A model generated the notes under the pieces. It saw nothing but the letters and a program-made list of their open reading frames with translations. It made no database searches and had not been told where the DNA came from. From the NCBI GenBank assembly GCA_021432655.1, contig MU271272.1, positions 62,001-85,543 of the forward strand: DNA of 23,543 nucleotides, written 5' to 3'. Below, one piece after another: positions 9,801-19,400 of the stretch; the first letter of the stretch is position 1; each line of letters starts with the position of its first letter. The position numbers were made by a program, and so were the translations under genes. The DNA is from Atractiella rhizophila. Lineage: Eukaryota.

Positions 9801-11835
9801 ATGGTCTCTTTCAAGTCCATCGCACTCTCTGCTTCCTTCGCTGCAGCAGTCTCTGCTGAATCTCTTGCCGACTGTTTGACAGCGGATTCCAATCTCGAGG
9901 TATTCACTCCATCCTCTGCAGATTGGGAGACCGTTATCACTCCCTTCAACAAGCGTCTCCTCAGTACGTATCCGAACCTTTCGCGTCGAGCGTGAGCTCA
10001 TGCAGCGAACAGACACCTTCATTCCTGCCGCGTTGGTGAAGCCTGCCAACGCTGAGGGTGTCTCCACCGCGGTCAAGTGTGCCGCCGCCGCTGGGGTGCA
10101 TGTTTCTCCTCGTTCGGGAGGACACAGCTACGCTGGTTCGTATTCTATCCCGTGAGAGGTGTCATATAGATCTGAAGAAATATCGCCTTGTCTGCAGCTG
10201 CTGGTCTCGGAATGAGGAATGGATCCCTTGTCGTCGATACTTCGAGGATGAACCACGTTTCCGTCGACTCTAACGGTGTCGCCACTGCTGGAACCGGTAC
10301 CCTTTTGGGTGATTATGCCCTCACTATCGGGCTTGAGGGATGGGCCATGGCACATGGCACTTGGTATGTTATTCTGCCACAGTGACATCGCAGCTTCCTG
10401 ATGAGCGAGGTCAGCCCAACAGTTGGCATTGGAGGTCACGTCGGATATGGTGGATATGGCTTGGACAGCCGATTGTGGGGCTTGGCTCTCGACCACGTTA
10501 TTGAGGTGAAGCGGCTCCTCCATACTCTAGTCCCAAGCTGATGCAGAATCGAAGGCTGAGACTGTTCTCGCTTCTGGAGAGATCGTCACAGTCAACAAGG
10601 ACACGAACCCCGACCTCTTCTGGGTTAGTAGTTCCGTTTGCGTTATGCTCGAGGTTAGGTTGACTGTACACATAGGCTATTCGTGGTTCTGCCGTCTCTT
10701 TCGGTATCACCACTCAGTACAAGTTCCAGACTCATCCTGCTCCGGAGGTAACCATCTGCTTTTGTCCTTTCAGAAGTAGAAGTAACTCGATGGTGTTCAG
10801 ACTTCCATTGAGTTTATCTACGCATACACGTGGGTCTGTCCCTTCGATCATTCATCTTACCATCTGACACTTTCGTCCGCGCTGCAGTCCTGATAACGTT
10901 GATCAATGGAACGACCTCTTCTTGAAGTATCAAGACTTCGGTATAAACTCTACCCCTTCGGAGCTCACCATCGAGGCCAACATCGGAAGGGGCGCGACCT
11001 TTAACCTCGTCGGACAGTGGATTGGCGATGCTGCCACCCTCAACGCTACCATGAAACCCTTCCTCGACGCTGCTGGACAACCAGACAGCATCACCTTCAT
11101 CGAGGATGACTGGCTTGGTATGTGGGCTTGTTCCCACTAAGGAGGTAAATAACAACGGTGTATCTGAATAGGTGTCCTCCTCTCCCTTGCCGGATCCACC
11201 AGCCTTAACACCTCCCTCATCCAGCACCCAAGTGACACGTTCTACGTCAAGTCGTTGACTATTCCTGAAGCGACGCCAATCACCCTGGAGGCATCCACCG
11301 CTTTCTACAACCACATCACTCAGGCTCCTTCTGATGAATTGGATTGGTTCACCCAATTCCAGCTTTACGGAGGAAAGGGATCCAAGATCAACACAGTAAG
11401 CTATTGGTCCCCACCTTTAATCCTGGGAGTTGACGATTTTCTGTCAAGTTCTCCACTGAGGACAGCGCCTACCCTCACCGCTCCACCCTCTGGACCGTTC
11501 AGATCTACGCTTCCAGCGCTAACTTCCTTCCTCCTTACCCTCAACAAGGATTCGAGTTCACTGCTGGTGAGGCGGCTGCTCTTGTTGATAACATCCCCAA
11601 CAACGAGATCGGGGGATACCTCAACTACATCGGTGCGTCCTCTTCCTCCCGTATTAGCTAGTCGATTGGAAGCTGATTTCCGTGCCCAGACCCCTACCTT
11701 GACAACTGGCAGGAGCTCTACTTCTCTGAGCAATACGACAGGCTTCTGTCCCTTGAAAAGATCTACGATCCCACTGGAATCTTTGTCAAGCCTCAGATCG
11801 TCGGAAATTTGACTGATGTCGCCCCTGACATCTAA
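9801..11835 (+). CDS. Secreted FAD-linked oxidoreductase, berberine-bridge-enzyme-like / CAZy AA7 oligosaccharide oxidase; 10 introns
   Basis: Signal peptide MVSFKSIALSASFAAAVSA. RSGGHSY (His-FAD) and HGTCPTVGIGGH (Cys-FAD) indicate a bicovalent flavin. Further motifs are PDLFWAIRG, TFYVKSL and C-terminal BBE GYLNYIDP...YDRLLSLEKIYDP. Stop TAA at 11833-11835. Confidence 0.92.
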
Positions 11836-12151
11836 ACGCTCTCGTCAAAGATAAAAGTCTGATATATCTTTGATGGACTCTGTTGCATCCATCGCGGTGC
11901 AGGATATGCTTGTACTTTAACCCTCGTTCCGACACATATAATACCATACATAGGTTTACTTTATTGAATCAAAGTAACGGCAATGAGAATTCCTGAGGAA
12001 GTTTGAACCGAAGGTATCCCTCCGTCTTTACTTGCCATTCTCATTCTCAAAGCACAGCTCTGTCATGGAGCTGTTTGAACTTAGCATTAAGAAGCCAGGT
12101 ACGCTCGAAGGGGAAGGTATAGACCATAAACCATATATTCCGTGGGCAAAT

Positions 12152-13021
12152 CTACTTGGTCTTCTTTTTCTTCAACTCTTCCTCCTCTTCCTTCCTAATT
12201 TTCTCCATCTCGATCTTGAATTGCTGCTTGGTATAATAATCCGCCGCCTGAAACACGAGCACGCCAGCCAAGAATAAGAGCGCAAGGAAATTACCGGCGC
12301 AAAGGACTGAGACAGTTTCCTTCCTCTCTATCTCTGAAAGAGGTTCAGTGATTGTGGCGTTCTGACCGTCGCGAGATGACTTCAGTAGGTAGTACTTAAT
12401 GGTGTTGATAATAGTGTTCTCTGGAGGTGGCATCGTCTCGTTTCGTGCGAGGTATGAGGACTCGTAAAGAAGTTTGATGTTGGGTAGAGCAACAGTTCCA
12501 TAGGCAGCAATGGCCATAATCACGAGCACTAAAGAAGCGTAAGAGGTAGGGAAGAGAGACAGGAAACGGAGCGGCGAACCAATCGACCCTCCGTCAAAAT
12601 AAAATGCGTTATCGGACCATGCTGCGAATTTGACACAGAGAGAGAGCACAAGAGCAGCAATCTACGGAACTTCTGTCTATTCCCATTCACACACGTAGTA
12701 GGAAAGAGCTCACCACGGCATGTAGGACGAGCTTTGTGACCTGAGGAGCTGTACCAACCTTTCAGACAGAGCTCAGGATACACCAGCAAGAAATTCACCA
12801 TCCCACCACATAAAGTAGAACGATTCAGCAAGGTCCACGACTTTGTCCGTTAGTGGTGGCCTGAAAAGGACGTTGACATCCACCGCAGAATTTGCCAGCG
12901 AGACACCTGCGTTCCTTCGGTCAAGAAACTTCAAACGTAAAAAAGAGATGAAATTACCCATCAGGATGCATACTGAGCTCCACACTACGACTTCCTTGAT
13001 GCCCACTTGCGAATTGTCCAT
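12152..13021 (-). CDS. SHR3: ER membrane chaperone for amino-acid permeases (Shr3/Psh3 family); 4 introns
   Basis: Spliced: SVCILMGVSLANSAVDVNVLFRPPLTDKVVDLAESFYFMWWDAPQVTKLVLHAV...FYFDGGSIVLV...VSVLCAGNFLALLFLAGVLVFQAADYY, then a charged tail ending KKKKTK. It has four TM segments and follows the yeast Shr3 pattern (FLMGV..N...D..LF; LAVIASSN..L..F.GV..LQ). Recognised from memory of the family. Confidence 0.85.
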
Positions 13022-13134
13022 CTTGGTGGATTTTTGCTGTCAACTTCTCTTCTGGAGCAAGCAAGAGTATGTCGCAGCAAACTCAATCTGAGTTAGCCAA
13101 TTTGATATTGCTGCGGCGAAACATAATGTGATGC

Positions 13135-15047
13135 ATGCTTCCTGCAAATGAAGATTCCACTGACATGAACAGCATGAAGTCTACCACTGCGCGAAAATCG
13201 ACTGGGCGACGACCCAGGCTTGCGCCACGACGAGATGTAGCCAGTTCGACTGAAAAAACGGATGAGGCTCAAGAGAGCGAAGCGCCATCTGAAGAATCCA
13301 TCCAGCTTGTAACACCCATTCGAATTCCGGATACCCCTGCTCCAGATCGAGATGAAGAAATTCAGTCGATAGTAGTTGTGAAGAAGAGGAAACGGAAGAG
13401 CGCAACGGTTGAGAATGTGGGAACTGCAGAAAAGAAAAAGAAGGAGACACCTCAAAAGGATTTGCGTGAGGAGATGACACCGAGTCGGAGGCTCAAAAAT
13501 CGTGAGTGTTCAATTTATTGTCACTTTAGTTACACCTTTATGTACATGTGGACTGAACATCAATTCGTTTACTGTTTCCTTTCCACGTCGGTTGCGTCGT
13601 AGCCTTTGTCATTGAGCTGCCTGTCTATCCATGAATCAAAGGATGGCATAAACATAGGCTAAATTCGTCAGATTCACCGCTGTAATTCAAGTAGATTCAG
13701 TTGCTCACAGATTGGGAAGCTAAACAGGTGACACAGTCACCGTCACCACAGCTCTCCCTCCTCGAATATCTTCCAAAAAGTACGATCGACGCCATCTTGA
13801 GGTCTACTCTCCACACAACAACTACATTGTCCTCGGCACTCCTGAAACACGCAAATGAAGACAGCCACACACCTTCGTACCTCTTCCAAGGGTTCGAAAC
13901 AGAAGCCCGGTCGAGAGTGGACTCGTGGGCGAATGCCTTCAACAAATGGGACGTCCTCGCCAATGGTCCATTGGCTTCGACTGACATTGTAGACTCTTTG
14001 AATGAGTTCTGTGAGGCTAATTTGTCCCCTGCGAAGAGCAAGCACGGGAGATGGGGAACGGTCATCTGCCTCTCCTTCCACTTCTCCCTATTGGACGTTC
14101 TTCCTCGCCTCCTCTTCCCTAAACAAGTAGCGCCGCTAATATCAACTCTTCAGAAAGAAATCCTGAGCGCTCTTGCGGATCTCTTTGAATGGGACTGGAC
14201 AGATGTGGATTTCTGCGGATTTGTTCAAAAGTGCTGGTTGCGGATGTGTGACCTGGGTCGGAGTCTGGAAGAGGTGTTGGCCATCGAGGCGGAACAGGAG
14301 GCTTGGGTTGAGATGGCGGACGATGTGAGGAATCGGTTAGAAGAGATTATCATGCGTTCTCCGGAGGCCAGGCGGCAGCACTATTGGTTCGCTTTTCCTC
14401 CTACTCTGTCATATTTTCGTTGAATTAATTGTTCTAACTTGGCGTTGGACAGGGTAACATCCGCTTATACGTACGAGGCGGGCACAAAGATCAGACGAGA
14501 AGCGATAGTGGGAAATTATAAATGGGCGGTGAGGCAGTACGATCGTACCTTCTTCACGAATGAGGGAGAAGCGATACCGGATTCGGAGAGGCAGGTGGAG
14601 TTAAATCTCATCACCTCTGTCCTTGAATCGTGATCCAGAGAATGTCATACATACGCGCGACAAGGAGAAAATCGAATGGATAGGCTGTCTCAGAACAAAT
14701 GTCGACTGTGCGTCCCTTCCTCCTTTTCTCCTCTCCTCTTCTATTTGCGCTCGGCAGGTACAACCATTGCTGATACTTCTTTCATCGTCACCTTTGCAGG
14801 GTTCCAAAAATCGTCCTACCTCTACTGTCATTGGAAGAACTGCAGCTTTCATGTTCCCCTCGAGCCGGAAGAGTTTTCGAACATCGCGGACCGCGATGAA
14901 ATCACACCGGAGGCGTACCTCACTGAGCACGTCTTGCAGCACGTCAACAAAGGAGGTGCGAACGTAGCCCAGCAGAGGGGTTCAACCGCACGATTGCCTT
15001 CTCATTCTAGTCCTCGTCGTGCGAAGGATGTCGTCTTCATTGACTGA
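13135..15047 (+). CDS. Uncharacterised nuclear protein: H3-tail-like TARKSTG motif, NLS-like KKRKRK, helical core, C-terminal C2H2-like zinc finger
   Basis: Exons at about 13135-13501, an uncertain small exon near 13603-13622, about 13695-14386, and three further exons joined by GT-AG introns. It ends YCHWKNC-x28-HVLQH...VFID*. The junction across 13502-13700 is not securely resolved. Confidence 0.6.
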
Positions 15048-15278
15048 AATCCTCAACGGTATTGCTGTCTTGATAGTGAGGTCATCTGCTCAACCGAGGA
15101 TTATACGGTCAGTTCCGTGTGAATGAATGGCGTATTTTGTATTATCCCGATTATAACTACTATGAACAGCCAAATTAACAGGACATGTGCATGAGATGTC
15201 ATTATACGACGTGTAAGGTGAATCACATCGATTCTTTTGGTCCTCCTCCCTCCTCCCTCCTAAATGTGCGTAGCGTGG

Positions 15279-16339
15279 TTACTGCTTCTTAACGAAGTCC
15301 CTAACGTTGCTGAGCCAATTGACATATTCCCTGTTCCCAAGAATTTAGAACCTCCTCTCTAATACGTGAAAAGATGACATACTTCTGTTCCTTCCAATCA
15401 CAGTACTCAGGTAAAGCTTGTGCAAGGGCTTCATCGATACCCCGCTCCTCAAGGTATGCGTAAAAGTGGCCTTGGAGCGCATCGTCCAGACTGTTGAATG
15501 CAGGAGCGTAGGGATCGAAGTCGACGTTACGGAGGATCTCTTTGCTCTTTCCCACAAGCACTTGCTCGATGACAAACACTCCATCTGTCATCACCGCCAC
15601 GTGTCAAGACTACTCCTGGGATGGAAAAGAAAGGAAAGGGCGAACCGGAAAGGGAGACTTTGAAGTTGAGAACCTCGCTGATACCCTTCTTCTCGATGGT
15701 AACGTCGATAGGTAAAGGATAAGGCTCCTGGCCCTCGAACTCTTCTTGCTCCTCAGGTAATACGTCCGTCTGTCCCCTCGCACCCATCTTCTTCTCGAGC
15801 GAAGCAGCGGGTTCCTCCTCAGCCGCAAGCTCGTCCTCGCTCATCTCCTCCTGTGGCACCTCGTCCTCGGGAATGGTGACGAGGAATTCAAGTGTGACGG
15901 TCTCATCCCCAATTGATCGCGTCAGCGTCACTTTTTCCGAAAGGGAGCTCTCGATGAACTACGTGTCACACCAACCACACCATCAGAACCACGTTTTCAT
16001 TTTTATGAAAGTAAGGAACGAACCTTCCAATCCTTCGCTAGTTCTTGCACCTTCTCAGGTACCTCTGCCTTCTCGCCACCCTCGCTCTCCTGCTCATGCT
16101 TGAACTCCGACTCCAGCTTTCGCAAGAGTTCAGGGTCGGCTGCACACGTATAACTCAGTCCAAAACACATGCAGACTTAAAGAAAATGAATACGCACAAC
16201 TGGCGGATCTGAAAGGCGTGGTAGCAAAAGTTCTGAGCTGGGGAACGACGAAGGACCTTGGAAGGGGAGTGGCGAGCCTGGCTGCTGCTCGGGGGACGAA
16301 GGCAGCGCGTGCAAGAGAGCGGGAAGCAGTCCTGAGCAT
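15279..16339 (-). CDS. MAM33: Mitochondrial acidic matrix protein, Mam33/p32 (C1QBP) family; 4 introns
   Basis: Arg-rich presequence MLRTASRSLARAAF...RTFATTPFRS, then DPELLRKLESEFKHE, VTLTRSIGDETVTLEF and an acidic loop. The C-terminal family motif is YAPAFNSLDDALQGHFYAYLEERGIDEALA...WKEQKEYVNWLSNVRDFVK. Confidence 0.93.
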
Positions 16340-16498
16340 TTTGAAGCGGAACAATGGAATATGCTATGAGATGAGCTGGAGCAGAGGCGAGAGTTGGTGG
16401 AATTTTTTGGGTGTTGTGGACACGGAACCTTGTTAGGTGGAGTGTCAACCCACCCAGTTGAGCAAACGACGAAATCAGGCTGTTTTTGGTGTTATGAT

Positions 16499-19400
16499 AT
16501 GAGTAACAGGGTAGCGCTAAGCCATTGGAGCGTGGATTACGAGGCTAGAGAGGGAGCATGGGTCTTGAAGGGCACATTTGAGGGGGTACGCATCTCGCGT
16601 CTATGAACCACAACTGGGCAGCAGTTGACTGAGATCGTGCACAACCAAAGGAGAGCCAGAAACACGCGTCCACTCCCATCGTCGAGAGGCTCGGAAGTCA
16701 CCTCGTAAAGTGCGAGAAGGGCCAGGAGTACGCGTTGATTGGCCATGGCACTTTTGAAACTTCTCGTCAGTCTTCCTGCAACTATTCCTTCCTCTATCCG
16801 CTAATGCACGACGTAGAACTGCACAGTTCCGTGATTGAAGGCTTTGCGGACGGCTTTCCAAACAATTGGGAGACAATATTGGCCAGCTCTCCCGTCTTCG
16901 TTCACGCTACTACATCAAAAGGAACAGAAAGGGACATCCTCCTCCCTTCCCGTCTCGTCTCCATCTCCCAATCTTACTCAGCTACCTCTCACCCACGTAC
17001 AACTCTCTCCACCGCACTCCAGAACCACCGTTCCCACCGCTTCGTCCCTTCCACTCTCGCAGGTGCACCACCGCCCCCTCCACCAAAACAACCGATCTAC
17101 ATCTCGCTCGATCTCTCGAGCGAAGAAGAGAGCGAGGTGGAAGTGGGAGTGAAGAAGTCTGCGGTTTCGGGGAAGAATAATGGGACGAGTCCGAGCGAGG
17201 AGAATGAGCATGAGACGCCAAACACTACGCCGCCTGTCGAACATGAGAAAGTGCTGGAAGAGGAAGTGAGTGTGCCTAAGCGTGGACGGGGGCGGCCGAG
17301 GGGATCAGGGAAGGGAAGGGGAAAGGGACAAAGGAAAGGGCTTCTAGGGGAGAAAGCAGCGGAAGTGGATCAGACAAATGAGGTCAAGTCTACAGTGCGC
17401 GTGCCCAGGGGAAGGGGAAGAGGGAGAGGAAGAGGAAGAGGAAGAGGAAGAGGGGGGAGGAGCGCGAGCGCCGTTGAGGCAGAAGTACAAGAGAGAGAAA
17501 CTGCTAAGGAGGCAGAAGAGACGAGCATCCAAGATCCCAACCTTCACCGTCACTCTCCTCAAACTCCACCTCCTCCGCCCCTCGAGTCCGAGTCACTGGA
17601 ACTTTCCGTTAATACGATGCAGGAAGCAGTGTCGGGTGCTCCAGAGCTGGAAGCTGAAGTTGACATGGATATCTCATCACCAACACCTGTGGCTGAGACC
17701 CTTCCAGCAAATGCGCCGCCCTCCCCACCACCACCAGAACCAACAGTACAGCAACGAGAGAGGTCGCTCAGCCCCATCCCCGCTAACGTCGCAGCCAAGG
17801 AATCCGCTCACATACAACCAACGGTGGAGAAAGAATTAGAGACGTCGCTACCCCCTGTCCCAACGCAGGAGGAAGTGGTGATGGAGACAGTCGTATCAGC
17901 TGAAGAGACTGGGACCACCGTCCCGGATGGCAATACGGATGCACCGAAAGAGATGGGCGATTCCGTTCAGGGCGAGGATGTGACAGCGCGAACAGATGAT
18001 GATGGAGAGGTGGAGCCCGTCACTAATCTCATGCCTGTGCCTGTCCCAGCGAGAAGAGCGACCCTCCACACCTGCCGATATGGAACTGACCCTCCCTTCC
18101 CCCCATCCTGAGCCTGAGCCGAGCCGGAAACACAAGACCTTACTCTCCCGGAGCTTCTTTCCGAACCTGAGACGGTTCTTGCTGCTACTGAAATGGAGGA
18201 GGGTGTCGCTACCACCACTGAAGCACTGCCGGAAACGGAGATCGTTCTTCCTTCTGCTGATCCGGAAGGCACCTCGCCTCCTAGGCCACAAGTAGAGCTT
18301 GAAGAAGAAAATGCGGTTCCAAGCAGGCGTGCAAGGAGCGCCGCCTTCGACGAGAATAACTTCCCTGGCACTCCAGCAACTACGATGACAGAAGACGATT
18401 TTAGTCCCTCTATCCTCCTCCTCAATCGCCCACAACCCGCTACCGCAGAAGTCACCTCACGGCGGGTACGCACACCGTCACCAACCCCGCACTCCATCGC
18501 CCGAAATCGCCACTCCCTTCCCTGCTTCAAAACGTTCTGTCAGGTTCGGCGGCTCCGAAATCCGTCACTTTGTCCCTCCTTCCACGGGAGGAACGACTGA
18601 TTCTCTCTCGTCACCCCTGTCTTCTCCCGGTTCGGGGAACGAGGTGCAATCTGGTTCGACAGCTGACGAGGCGGAGCAAGAGGAAGGAAGTCGAGGTGCA
18701 GATTGGACGGATGAGGTGGACATCGAGGACGCTCCAGTGCAGAATCAACATCAACGCGTGCGCCAGGGTATGAGAGCAGGAAGCGGAAGAGAGGTCAGGA
18801 GTCGCCAGCTCCACCACTCGCGACTTCGACGGCGCGTTTGAGGTCGAAGTCTCCAGCTCCCTCTGTCGCTAACAAGTCTCCGTCGTCGTCCCGCAAGCTC
18901 ACTAAATTGAGATCCAGACCACAAGAAGAAAAACTAACTTCGCCGCCGCGGCTGTCGAACAATTCACTGAAGGCGAAATCAAAGTCACCCCGCCGCAAGG
19001 CAGCAGAGCCCGGTCCCCTTACGTTGACGCTGAAGCAAACGAAAGATAGAGGGAAGTCGGTCCCCATCGGGCTTGTGCAGAGGATGAAGGAGAGATTGGA
19101 GAAGAACTTAAGGGAGGAAGAGGAGTCGGAGGTGCCGATGAGGAAGAAGCTGAGGTCGAATAAATGGACGAGCGGGATCGAAGGCGTGACAGCCGTCGAA
19201 CCTCCTCCCGTCCCTGTCGAGAAAGAGGCTATGGTTCCAACAGAGTTAGCGGCGATCCAAGCTCCTTCAAGCTCCTCACCGGCTCTATTCAGCTTAACAA
19301 ACGACCGCCCAGATCCCTCTTCACTGGAGGAAGAAAGGCTGCCAGATTCGGAGCCGGATCTCTTCGCTCCAGCTGCTGAGCCAAGTCCACATCCATCCCC

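Noticed and set aside
8889..9859. Short ORFs in the CK2-AA7 intergenic region
   Set aside because: They use non-ATG starts or lack recognisable domains and splice structure, and they overlap the AA7 promoter and TATA box.
12530..12957. Extra hydrophobic segments in the Shr3 ORF translations
   Set aside because: They are two 51-nt in-frame, stop-free GT-AG introns; removing them restores the Shr3 alignment.
13135..13602. Histone H3 or CENP-A gene suggested by TARKSTG
   Set aside because: No histone-fold sequence follows in any exon, so it is treated as a mimic motif only.
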